Assembly: GCA_016933055.1 (NCBI GenBank)
Contig: JAFGBS010000001.1
Coordinates: forward strand, 30,001-62,000
Direction of reading: 5' to 3'
Origin: Promethearchaeota archaeon
Lineage (GTDB): Archaea; Asgardarchaeota; Lokiarchaeia; Sigyniarchaeales; Promethearchaeaceae
DNA length: 32,000 nucleotides
Below, piece after piece: positions 19,149-28,288 of this stretch (within the stretch, counting starts at the first letter, position 1; the number at the start of each line of letters is the position of its first letter). The position numbers and the translations under genes were made by a program. The notes under the pieces were generated by a model. It worked only from the letters and a program-made list of their open reading frames with translations. It was not told the origin of the DNA and ran no database searches.

Positions 19149-19918
19149 TTAACTTATCAAATTTTCGGGTTTCCGTATAATTTCACAATACATCATTTCC
19201 ACGGCAATAATTCCAAACCATAAGAACAACGCATTTAGTATATAATGTGCGAACCATTTAATAGCTGATATTCCTCTCGTTCCCATTATGCTCCATGTAC
19301 CATATAGGCTCCAATCTCTCTAAATAATGTGACAACTACGGCATCCAAATATCCAAGCGATATCTCATACAATCCCATCATAAAAAGAAAGGTTTTGAAT
19401 GCATTCAGCCATCGTTTTCCATTAATACCTGCTAATAATCTCATCAAAGGTACCACTGTGATGAGTAAAGCAGGCAAGAACCAAAAGAAAAATTCATGAC
19501 ATATTTGCTGTAAGGTTAAACCTGACCATACAATTATTGGACTTTCCCAATTATCCCCTATGTAGACATTTGTAAACCGCGTGACAGCGATATCCAATGC
19601 TAACATACCGATATAATTTGCAACCATGATAATAACGGGGAAAATAGATACTATGAGAATTTCTCGTTTCACATGCGTTTTCCACCAACTAAGAACTATA
19701 CTCAAGACAATGAAAATGACAAAAAATCCTCCAATCGCGGCCCAATCCAGATCCTATCTCCAATATACTGTATAGATAATGTCCCGGAATATCACACTAA
19801 TATAAGCGTCCATTATAAACAAATACAACGAAAAACCTGCTCCGTACATTCCAGATAGGATTAGAATCGTTTTAAAAAATCTTGTTCTCCATACAGATTT
19901 TATTGTTTTAAAATCCAT
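19149..19918 (-). pseudogene. Interrupted multi-TM membrane protein gene (about 255 aa if repaired)
   Basis: AGGTGA RBS plus ATG at 19918 gives MDFKTIKSVW...VYWR. An in-frame TAG at 19756-19754 (codon 55) is followed by a continuous hydrophobic frame to TAA at 19286. Removing 2 nt from the AGAGAGA run (19321-19315) joins a further TM-encoding frame that ends at 19149. Confidence 0.65.
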
Positions 19919-19987
19919 ACGCTCACCTTTTATATATTCTGCTTGGTGGGAAAATCCCTATAATAATGTTGATAGATTCTTCATGAA

Positions 19988-21004
19988 CTAAAAATGGAAC
20001 CTATAGATCTTTTGATAGTTCTGATTAACAGAGATATGAACTTGTCTAGTTCTTAAATTATAAACATTCGACCATAAAGTCCACCCATCTTGAGAACATG
20101 CCTTTAAAATATCCATTCCGTGTTGCATCGTCACACTCCCCAGAGACTGGTGAAGCAACTCAGTCGCAGTCTGATATCTCCAACATGGTGTTATACCATC
20201 GGTAAAAATAAAATTCGTAGATACTTGCCAGCTCTGTTCATTCCGATAAATATTCATATTTCCATCTATCCATTCTACAATAGCTGATTTTCCCGTAGGG
20301 TCTGCAATAAGATAATGGATTGGTACCGAACCAAATTCAATATTGTAATTTTCCCATATTACTAATACTTCATCCACGGTAGTCGCAAATTCCAACGCCA
20401 GACGGACAATATCTAAACTGGATATTGTAGGTTGAGAAGTATTGTAGGTACGGCTAGCTCTACTTATTGCCATAATCCCAACTACCAAACCCATTTCATT
20501 GATTCCATCCATCAAGTAATATGGAGTAAGTAATAATCTCTTTTGTGTGGTTGGGTCCTTTATGTTTATGGATGGTTCGATACCGAGAATTCCTAGGTTA
20601 ATAGTAGATATGGATGCGTACCCATAACTGGGTTCTGTGTATAAAAATAATGATCCTTCATCCATCCAATCAAAATTACGCCCAAAAACTGGATCTGACG
20701 ATGAATTCAAAGCAGAAAAGCACGTGCAACCCCATCCTTCTTGTACTTCAAATTCTGATATAAGTTCTGTACCATTTTCCAGAACATCTAGAAATCCATA
20801 ATCTCCATAATACCGCATTGCATAAAATGGATAGATAGGATCTATTTTCTTCAAACTATACAGGGTTTTTTCGGAATTTGTCCGACAAGAAGTATCAAAT
20901 AAGAAGGAAATCGTCGAGTTTGGTATTAATATAGGTATTATGAGGTTACTAACAAATAAAACAGAAAAAAGCGAACCAATAAGAATAATATGGTTTTTCT
21001 TCAC
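19988..21004 (-). CDS. Ntn cysteine hydrolase (C45/C59; choloylglycine hydrolase/NAAA/acid-ceramidase-like) with N-terminal membrane anchor
   Basis: GWG|CTCF...VFGRNFDW, DGINEMGL, HYLIADPTG, QVSTNF, TLWSNVYNL; hydrophobic N-terminus; GTG start. Confidence 0.85.
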   Translation of the reverse strand: MKKNHIILIGSLFSVLFVSNLIIPILIPNSTISFLFDTSCRTNSEKTLYSLKKIDPIYPFYAMRYYGDYGFLDVLENGTELISEFEVQEGWGCTCFSALNSSSDPVFGRNFDWMDEGSLFLYTEPSYGYASISTINLGILGIEPSINIKDPTTQKRLLLTPYYLMDGINEMGLVVGIMAISRASRTYNTSQPTISSLDIVRLALEFATTVDEVLVIWENYNIEFGSVPIHYLIADPTGKSAIVEWIDGNMNIYRNEQSWQVSTNFIFTDGITPCWRYQTATELLHQSLGSVTMQHGMDILKACSQDGWTLWSNVYNLRTRQVHISVNQNYQKIYRFHF

Positions 21005-21073
21005 AAATACTACATTGATGAAAAAATAATTAAATTTATGGATAAAGATTTCAAAAAAGCCAGTTAATTATAT

Positions 21074-22285
21074 TCAAGAGGTATGATCTGGAGCATCTAC
21101 TCCCGCATAGTTCAATTTGAAACCCGTGTCTAGTGTTTTCACTTTTTTCTTCAATTCATTTGCAATAACAATTCGCTGAACTTGATTGGTTCCCTCGTAA
21201 ATTTGGAGTAATTTAGCGCCTCGAAACATTGTTCCAATTCCATATTCTACCGCGTATCCGTATCCGCCAAAAATTTGTATAGCATCCGTTGTGTTCTGCA
21301 TTGCCCAGTCGGAAGCTACTAATTTCGCAATTGCTGAATCAAACGAACTTTTTTCTCCGTGATCAGCTAACCAAGCTGCGTACCGGGTAGATAATCTTGC
21401 ATTCTGTGCTCGTGCGGCCATATCTGCTAACATAAAACTAATTCCTTGATTATTAAAAATTGGTTTTCCAAATTGCACTCTTTTAAGTGCAAACTTCGTT
21501 GCCTCATCAACAGCGCGTTGACATACTCCTGTAGCAATGGACGCAATGCCCGTTCGGGTCTTATCCAAGGTCATCATTGCTATATGAAATCCTTTTCCTA
21601 CTTCACCCACCAGGCAATCTTCAGGAACGTACACATTTTTAAGAAATACTTCGGATTGTTGAGATGCCTTTTGACCGATTTTATTTTCAATATGTCCAAT
21701 TTCCACACCAGCATCTTTCGGAACCATGAAGACAGCCATTCCTTTATACCCAGAACCCGGTTCTGTTTGAGCAAAAACTGTAAATAGATCTGCAACTGGA
21801 GCGTTTGTGCTCCAACATTTAGTTCCGTTTAATACCCATTCATCGCCTTCTTTAACAGCGGTGGTTTTCGTTGCAGATGCATCCGATCCCGCATCTCGTT
21901 CAGTAAGACAGAATGCACCGAATTTTACTTTCTCGCCTGTCACTAACGGTTGTACATATTTTTGGAGCTGTTCAATGGTGGCTCCAATTACAAGCGGTGC
22001 AAAAGCGAGGTTATTGACATTGATTGAGGTAGCAGTACCCGCATCTCCATATCCAATCGCCTCGTAAATTAAAGTTTCTTCAAATAGGGATTTTCCTGGT
22101 CCACCTGCCTCCTTGGGTATATGCAAATTCATAAAACCTGCTTTGTAGGCTTTCTGACATATATCAATAGGGATCTCATTTGCAATATCAAGTTCGATCG
22201 CCCGAGGAACGATCTCCTTTCGCGCAAATTCCATTGCCCGTACATATAATTCTTGTTCGGAAGGTGATAAACTATAATCTACCAT
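21074..22285 (-). CDS. Acyl-CoA dehydrogenase (short-chain/butyryl-CoA DH-like)
   Basis: GAFCLTERDAGSDA, LNGTKCWSTNA, RVQFGKPI, QIFGGYGY, QIYEGTNQVQR. Confidence 0.95.
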   Translation of the reverse strand: MVDYSLSPSEQELYVRAMEFARKEIVPRAIELDIANEIPIDICQKAYKAGFMNLHIPKEAGGPGKSLFEETLIYEAIGYGDAGTATSINVNNLAFAPLVIGATIEQLQKYVQPLVTGEKVKFGAFCLTERDAGSDASATKTTAVKEGDEWVLNGTKCWSTNAPVADLFTVFAQTEPGSGYKGMAVFMVPKDAGVEIGHIENKIGQKASQQSEVFLKNVYVPEDCLVGEVGKGFHIAMMTLDKTRTGIASIATGVCQRAVDEATKFALKRVQFGKPIFNNQGISFMLADMAARAQNARLSTRYAAWLADHGEKSSFDSAIAKLVASDWAMQNTTDAIQIFGGYGYAVEYGIGTMFRGAKLLQIYEGTNQVQRIVIANELKKKVKTLDTGFKLNYAGVDAPDHTS

Positions 22286-22307
22286 GCTTTGGTTTTAGGT
22301 TAACTCC

Positions 22308-22324
22308 AATATAAGGATTTTTTT
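22308..22324 (-). promoter_or_regulatory. Putative BRE/TATA for the acyl-CoA dehydrogenase (leaderless or short leader)
   Basis: The minus strand reads AAAAAAAT-CC-TTATATT, ending 23 nt upstream of the ATG at 22285. Confidence 0.35.
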
Positions 22325-22561
22325 ATCGCCATTGAGAGAAAGTCAACAGATCTGTACTATGCGATTTTTTTTCTTTATATCAATAAGAAACATGGATATG
22401 GAAAGTATTTCTAAAGAAAGCACTGAAATTATGCGTTTATTACAAGATATGTGGGGGAAATAGCAATTATATAGAGGATTTATTAGAGAAGGAAAATTCC
22501 AATAAAATTGTTGTGTGGTCAAACAACGATACAATGAAAAATATTTCCACTGGTAAAATTC

Positions 22562-23728
22562 CTAGTTACGCTTTCCTTTCTTCTTCTTTAGATTGGAGCG
22601 AATTTTTTTTCTTAAATTCTTTATATAATTTGTATTACTGATATCTGATTTTTGGGATGAATTAAGACCAATCTTTTTATTTTCCTCACTTTCATCATCC
22701 AAAAACAAGAAAGAATCATCAATATCCGTGAATTCATCATCATTATCATCGCTAATATATTCTGCAAACTCTTCCTCGTCCTCATAGAAGTCCTTAAATT
22801 TTTCATCTGAATCTTCATTCAAATCAATATCATCTGGTTTAAATAAAAAGTCTGTATCTTTGGTTTCGTTAAGCTGTTCGTTCAAGAAATAAATAGCTTG
22901 ATTATCCAATATCTGACGCACAGCTTTATACAGTCGATTCCAGTCAATTTCTGTGTTCTTTTGAGATGATGAATTACTTTCATAACATTGAATTACATTA
23001 ATGCAATCCCTGATCGAATATGATCTATCTTCAAAATGAGCGGACTGTAGGAAATCAACCATTTGTTGAAGCAGAGTTGGATTTACGGTTGGAAAAAAGT
23101 ATTTTAACACATTTAATTCATGTTTTCTACTCGGATGGTTAATATTGATAACGGGTTTTAGTATAACCGAGATGTATTCGGGAATCCTTATAAAAGAAGC
23201 ATTTTTTTCCTCATAATTTTGAGTAAAACATACCCGAAAGCGATTGTGGGCATGAACTTTTAAACCGACTACTTCTGAAGTGATATATCGTTGTTCTAAC
23301 AATGATGAAATTGCAGCCCATGATTCTGAAGGAAGAAATTGACACTCATCCAATATGCATATCCCTCCCTTTACCATTGCAGTAACTAAAGGACTGGCAT
23401 GATATTCTATATTCCCCTCTAATTCGGCTTGGTGGATAAGTAGGTGATCCGGTGAAGTAGTATCGGAGCAATGAACTACAAATACTTCTGAAGGCGTATT
23501 GGGGTAAAATAATTTACCAGCACTATATGCAAGCGTTGACTTTCCCATACCGCAGCGTCCAATAATTTTAGGATTAAATGATGTATGAATTCGATTATCT
23601 GCATCTGTTTCATAAAGCCATGCTGAATGTATCTGTGCTATATATTGATTATCCCCAATCCATGGAATTTTCTGCTCATCGGGGAACGCTAAATGCAATG
23701 TTTTTCCTTCGATCTCAATAGTTTCCAT
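22562..23728 (-). CDS. MoxR/CbbQ-like AAA+ ATPase (degenerate) with acidic and basic C-terminal tail
   Basis: Walker A GRCGMGKS, YHASPLVTAMVKGG, Walker B ICILDE, VHAHNRFRVCFTQN; AAGGAG RBS before the ATG at 23728. Confidence 0.8.
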   Translation of the reverse strand: METIEIEGKTLHLAFPDEQKIPWIGDNQYIAQIHSAWLYETDADNRIHTSFNPKIIGRCGMGKSTLAYSAGKLFYPNTPSEVFVVHCSDTTSPDHLLIHQAELEGNIEYHASPLVTAMVKGGICILDECQFLPSESWAAISSLLEQRYITSEVVGLKVHAHNRFRVCFTQNYEEKNASFIRIPEYISVILKPVININHPSRKHELNVLKYFFPTVNPTLLQQMVDFLQSAHFEDRSYSIRDCINVIQCYESNSSSQKNTEIDWNRLYKAVRQILDNQAIYFLNEQLNETKDTDFLFKPDDIDLNEDSDEKFKDFYEDEEEFAEYISDDNDDEFTDIDDSFLFLDDESEENKKIGLNSSQKSDISNTNYIKNLRKKIRSNLKKKKGKRN

Positions 23729-23835
23729 GGTGTCACACTCCTTCAATGAATGAATATAAATATGTTTTTTCCCAAAAAAAGTTACTTTTTAAGGAGATAC
23801 TTCCTTTTACCTTAGCTAAATAATCGGTGATAAAC

Positions 23836-24228
23836 ATGAATCCGGAAAAGGATAAGGAAACATCAAGACTCAACTCAAACGATCCCGGTGACGATTCCTC
23901 CCGTTCTCTAACTAAATCTGAATTAGAAATGTTTTCCAAGGTTGAGGAAATATTGCAAACAGAAGGATCACAACAAATCAAGGAGGAAAACTTAGAATCT
24001 ACCGATCGTACTCTTTTTGCATATTGTTCAGTGTGTCAGGAAAACATTTTCATCCAATATGATGAATCTATAATTACCAAAGCAAGTTCATATCCTGTGT
24101 ATTTAGTATGGGTACATGGAAAACCTTTTCATGGATTGTTGGTACGCATCGATAAGAATTTTGTTAGTCGAGGAGAACGAGTTGTGCAATTGGAATTTGA
24201 TCCAGAACTAACAACTCATTATGGTTAA
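23836..24228 (+). CDS. Small hypothetical protein with a putative Zn-binding CxxC...HxxxH domain
   Basis: GGTGAT-N4-ATG; YCSVCQ...VHGKPFHGLLVRIDKNFVSRG. Confidence 0.7.
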   Translation: MNPEKDKETSRLNSNDPGDDSSRSLTKSELEMFSKVEEILQTEGSQQIKEENLESTDRTLFAYCSVCQENIFIQYDESIITKASSYPVYLVWVHGKPFHGLLVRIDKNFVSRGERVVQLEFDPELTTHYG

Positions 24229-24318
24229 TTATCAGATCATTTTAACTCCTTTTAATATTGTATTAATCAAAGGGTAACATTTTTTTACTTTTAAACACCC
24301 ATATGGTATAGAACCCAG

Positions 24319-26016
24319 ATGGCTAAGATCGAAACTCTCAAAAGGTCGGTTAGTCTTTGTCCAGAATGTTTAAAAAATATTAGTGCGGAAGTTGTGTGGG
24401 ACAAAGAGGAGAACAAGATATTTATGGTAAAAACCTGTCCTGAACATGGTGATTTTAAGGATCGGTTGAGTAGTAACCCCGAGGACTTTTTATGGCAACA
24501 AATGTATACATCCTCGTTGGGATCGGACGAAGGAAATAGTACACAACCCGAAGATTTATTAAAAAACACAAAAGGATGCCCATATTCTTGTGGGTTATGT
24601 GAGAAACATAAAAGTGCGCCTTGCATTGCTTTGATTGATTTGACTAATCGCTGTAATTTACGATGTCCGGTATGTTTCGCGAACTCTGCCGTTGCCGGAT
24701 ACATATACGAGCCGACTTTTGACGAAATAGTCCAAATTATGGAACATTTTCGTAACATAAAACCGATACCTCCTATATTATTGCAATTATCTGGTGGAGA
24801 ACCTACTATTCGAGAGGATTTGTTCGATATTATCCGTAAAGGTGTTGATCTAGGTTTTGTTAATGTTATGCTTACAACGAACGGTATCAAATTAGCAAAA
24901 TCTGTGGATTATTGCAAACAATTGATTGATGCAGGATTGAACTCTCTTTACTTTAGCTTTGATGGCATTGAACCAGAAACATGGAAACAAATGCGGGGTG
25001 TTGATCTTAGCAAAATCAAAATGCAAGTCCTAAAGAATTGTAGAGAAGCCGGTTTTGCTGCGGCAAATATAGGCATTGTTCTTGTCCCTACCATAGTTAA
25101 CGGGATAAATGATCATGAAATAGGAAATATCATAGATGTGGCACGAGAATTCAGCGATATAGTAATGGGCATCGTTTTCCAACCTGTATCTCTCACGGGA
25201 CGCATTGCTATAGAAGATCTAAATAAGATGCGCTACACTACCAGTGACCTAAAAGAAGCAGTCAATAAACATACAGAAGGTTTGATAAACAAATTTTATC
25301 CATTATCTTTGACTTCCAAAATGACAAGATTAATTGCGTGGTTAGAGGATGAACCAGCATTTTCTATGACTTCTCACCAAGATTGCGGATTTGCTACAAT
25401 TGGTGTGTTAGATGATGACAATAATTGGCAACCGATTGAGAAATTTTTCGACGTAGATGGGATCATCAAATTTTCGAATGAAACCTTTGATTTAATCCAG
25501 AAAAGGAAATTACCCAAAGTTAGTCATTTAATAGATGGGATGAAAAATCCGCCCAAATTATTGACAACTATCATGCAATTCACGGATACTATGACTGATC
25601 TCGCATATCGAGAAGTAATGAAACTATATTATATGGCTGGAGCAGCTCGATTTTTCAAAGGAGATATAACTCAAATTAGGAATAATCAAAAAACTTTCTT
25701 GAATTTCTTAAAAATAATGTGGAATCCCAATTTAGATTCAGTAGCGGACTTTTTCTTATCACGCAATATAATGATTTCCAGTATGCATTTCCAAGATGCC
25801 TATAATTTCGATTTAGAGCGTATACAACGGTGTTTAGTACATTATGGTGTCATTAATCCTGAAGATCGTTCAAAAGTATTGGAAATTCCCTTTTGTGCTA
25901 TGAATACGTTACATCGTCCCGTACTCGAAAAAGCTCTAGCTGTTGTGCAAGAAACGAAAACTGTGGATCAATTAGATAACGAAGTGAGTGAATTAATACA
26001 GCAATTTGCAAAATAA
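24319..26016 (+). CDS. tes: Radical SAM tetraether (GDGT) lipid synthase, Tes/GDGT-MAS (MJ0619 family)
   Basis: Rubredoxin-like CPEC...CPEHG; GCPYSCGLCEKH; radical SAM CNLRCPVC (24652-24675); QLSGGEPT; SHQDCG; MHFQDAYNFDLERIQRCLVHY...IPFCAMN. Confidence 0.82.
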   Translation: MAKIETLKRSVSLCPECLKNISAEVVWDKEENKIFMVKTCPEHGDFKDRLSSNPEDFLWQQMYTSSLGSDEGNSTQPEDLLKNTKGCPYSCGLCEKHKSAPCIALIDLTNRCNLRCPVCFANSAVAGYIYEPTFDEIVQIMEHFRNIKPIPPILLQLSGGEPTIREDLFDIIRKGVDLGFVNVMLTTNGIKLAKSVDYCKQLIDAGLNSLYFSFDGIEPETWKQMRGVDLSKIKMQVLKNCREAGFAAANIGIVLVPTIVNGINDHEIGNIIDVAREFSDIVMGIVFQPVSLTGRIAIEDLNKMRYTTSDLKEAVNKHTEGLINKFYPLSLTSKMTRLIAWLEDEPAFSMTSHQDCGFATIGVLDDDNNWQPIEKFFDVDGIIKFSNETFDLIQKRKLPKVSHLIDGMKNPPKLLTTIMQFTDTMTDLAYREVMKLYYMAGAARFFKGDITQIRNNQKTFLNFLKIMWNPNLDSVADFFLSRNIMISSMHFQDAYNFDLERIQRCLVHYGVINPEDRSKVLEIPFCAMNTLHRPVLEKALAVVQETKTVDQLDNEVSELIQQFAK

Positions 26017-26024
26017 GTTCAAAA

Positions 26025-26384
26025 TTAAAAAATATCTACATTTTCGGGATCAAGATTTTCGTTTAATTTACCCCTATTTTTTAACCAATTAGCTTGTGTT
26101 CCAGTATATCTCCAGATAATCATGCATTTCTCGCGCTTCTCTTTCTTTTTGGTTTCAAATTCCCATGGAGTGACTAATACTAAATCACCCAGTCTAACCC
26201 ACATACGTTTTCGAATTTTCCCGCGGATAATACCTACTCGTATAACCCCATCCTCGCATTTCACTAACATGCGGTCTCCACCGAAATTCTCTATGATTAT
26301 TGCATACATTTCCCCGTTTTCTCGGTTAGCGTATCGTATTTTTCGTTGATCGGTTCCTGTCTGATTACTTTTTTTTCCTGGCAT
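26025..26384 (-). CDS. eif1a: Translation initiation factor aIF-1A
   Basis: FGGDRMLVKCEDG...IRGKIRKRMWVRLGDLVLVTPWEF...IIWRYT. Confidence 0.96.
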   Translation of the reverse strand: MPGKKSNQTGTDQRKIRYANRENGEMYAIIIENFGGDRMLVKCEDGVIRVGIIRGKIRKRMWVRLGDLVLVTPWEFETKKKEKREKCMIIWRYTGTQANWLKNRGKLNENLDPENVDIF

Positions 26385-26448
26385 GGTATCACTTTTGAAT
26401 TATATTTAATAGAATACTAAATGTTTACGATTATTTAGGTGAGATATA

Positions 26449-27225
26449 TCACATCATGAATTTAGCCCAGTCATCATCTTCCTCTTCTTCATCCTCTTCT
26501 TCCTCTTCATCTTCTTGATCCAAAAATTCATCTTCTTCTTCCACTTCTTCTTCCCCCTCCTCTGAGAATGAGAATGTGTCATCCGTGGAGTGACCTATCT
26601 CCTCTGCAACCATTACTCGTGCGGGTTCTTCTTGTGTGATTGATTCAATAGCTTGAACTCCCTCCTCCGGAGGAACCTCCTCCTCTTCTTGAAGAACATA
26701 TTCTGTCACCGCTTTCTTTTGTTTTTCAATCAATCGCAAGTGATCAGCGTGTTTTTTGACCGTGATGTTACTTGCCTCCCCATCCCCGATTAACCTGAGG
26801 GTAACTTCTTCTTTAGTCTCCTTTTTAGGCATTGTAATAACTTGGGCTTTCTTGTCTTTGAAAAAACCTTCCACAATCTCTACTATATCACCCTCTTCTA
26901 TTATATTTACAATCCGTTCGGGTTTAATTATGTGTTCTATTTCATCCAAAGGAATTGAACCTACTACTTTTCCTCGGACATGGGGAACACCATTAGTAAT
27001 GAGGATTACATCCCTCTGATGGATTGCTTCAATGAAAACATATCCTCGAAATTTTACATCAGCTGTTAAAATAGCTTTTAGATCAGGTACAGGATGTATC
27101 GTTCGCAATCGATTAAATATTAAATCTTGTACTGTTTTTTCCCGTCCAATGGTCGTCCTTACGGCAAATATAGTAGTTTGTGTGCTTTGACTGGTTTGTG
27201 CACCTTCTGATGACTTTTCACTCAC
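26449..27225 (-). CDS. spt5: Transcription elongation factor Spt5 (NGN + KOW) with a long acidic C-terminal tail
   Basis: IFAVRTTIGRE, RGYVFIEA, VPHVRG, EEGDIVEIVEGFFKD KOW motif; GTG start with GAAGGA upstream. Confidence 0.92.
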   Translation of the reverse strand: MSEKSSEGAQTSQSTQTTIFAVRTTIGREKTVQDLIFNRLRTIHPVPDLKAILTADVKFRGYVFIEAIHQRDVILITNGVPHVRGKVVGSIPLDEIEHIIKPERIVNIIEEGDIVEIVEGFFKDKKAQVITMPKKETKEEVTLRLIGDGEASNITVKKHADHLRLIEKQKKAVTEYVLQEEEEVPPEEGVQAIESITQEEPARVMVAEEIGHSTDDTFSFSEEGEEEVEEEDEFLDQEDEEEEEDEEEEDDDWAKFMM

Positions 27226-27364
27226 TTTGCATTCCTTCTGACTACCTTAACTAATTAATTGTTGGATAAATTTTTTTCGTTTCTAACCATAAATTTTTTT
27301 CGATGAAGGTGAAAGATAGCTATATCTATCGAAACAAAACAAACTAAATCAAGGGGTACAAATT

Positions 27365-28114
27365 ATGATTTTCAGTTTTTTTATCATGCGATCAACCGGA
27401 GAAACAATTTTCGTTGATGATTGTCGTACCGATTTTAATGTACCCCTCCTTTCGGGTTTTATTAGTGCTCTTTTTTCTTTTTTAGATAAAGCACTTCACA
27501 CAACCGATATTTTTTCACTGGATGTAGCATTACTTCGATTTATTTTTTCCACCTCGGAAATTGGGAATTCCACATATTATTTTGTGTTATTAGTACAACG
27601 TATTGATACATTGTCGGAATATCAACCAAAACTAAATCTGGTTAAACATAAATTTATTGAGCAATATTCTGACACTCTAAAAAATTGGACAGGAGGTAAT
27701 ACTGCCATATTTGAAGGATTTCGAAAAATTCAGAGGCAGATTTTTGAAACTGTGCCTTTATCTATCCCAGAATTAATAAAAAAAGAATTAAGTGAAACAA
27801 TTAAGTACGTTTCCGACTCAAATGATAATCTTAAGGGCGTTGCGATTTTATCACCAACCGGATCTGTAATAGTTTCATCCCTTAACACACTCACACTTAT
27901 AAAAATCATTGAAATTCTTGAGGGAAGATATTATACAGGTGCAAAAACCGTTAATCAGCTTATCTCTAAAGAAGAAGAAGGGATATTAGTATTAATTGGG
28001 GGAAAGACCGTAATTCTTGCTACAATATTTGATAAAAGTACCCCGCTAGGAACTACTCTAGTGGAGAGTAAACTTCTTGCAGAATCGCTAAACAAAATCA
28101 TTGAAGACTCCTAG
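27365..28114 (+). CDS. Longin domain-roadblock/LC7 domain fusion protein
   Basis: Longin-like FFIMRSTG...LLSGFISALFSF...FIEQY...W.G...FEGF, then roadblock-like LKGVAILSPTGSVIVSS...VILATIFDKSTPLGTTL. Confidence 0.72.
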   Translation: MIFSFFIMRSTGETIFVDDCRTDFNVPLLSGFISALFSFLDKALHTTDIFSLDVALLRFIFSTSEIGNSTYYFVLLVQRIDTLSEYQPKLNLVKHKFIEQYSDTLKNWTGGNTAIFEGFRKIQRQIFETVPLSIPELIKKELSETIKYVSDSNDNLKGVAILSPTGSVIVSSLNTLTLIKIIEILEGRYYTGAKTVNQLISKEEEGILVLIGGKTVILATIFDKSTPLGTTLVESKLLAESLNKIIEDS

Positions 28115-28288
28115 AACATTATCTAGGATGTATCTAACTTGAATGGTTGGAATTTTTACATAATATTGGAGAAATTTTTTTAACGATAACACTTGTAAGA
28201 TCCATCACTAATACCTCCCTATTCAGTGGATATTAAGTAAACTTCGCAAACAATATTAAGCAGAACAACAACATATTCGGTAAATTTA

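Noticed and set aside
22392-22561. 23-codon ORF (MDMESISKES...MWGK*) that could continue by a frameshift in a G5 run
   Set aside because: No recognisable domain or RBS, and the continuation runs antisense into the AAA+ gene; it cannot be told apart from chance in AT-rich DNA.
24291-24890. 199-aa antisense ORF and the many other short antisense or alternate-frame ORFs in the track (e.g. 1967-2455, 4086-4433, 15783-16175, 21446-21787, 26122-26349)
   Set aside because: Each lies within a confidently assigned gene and lacks family motifs or an RBS; treated as shadow ORFs.
26455-26580. Repetitive TCT/TCA/TCC tracts (also 22680-22830)
   Set aside because: These are codons for Glu/Asp-rich protein tails, not DNA repeat arrays; there is no spacer structure, so not CRISPR.
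3397-28114. Genome-wide TAG recoding as the explanation for the amber codon at 19756
   Set aside because: TAG ends hutU (abutting hutH), the longin-GTPase, Vps22/36 (at the family's natural C-terminus), the AAA+ gene and the longin-roadblock gene, so TAG works as a stop here.
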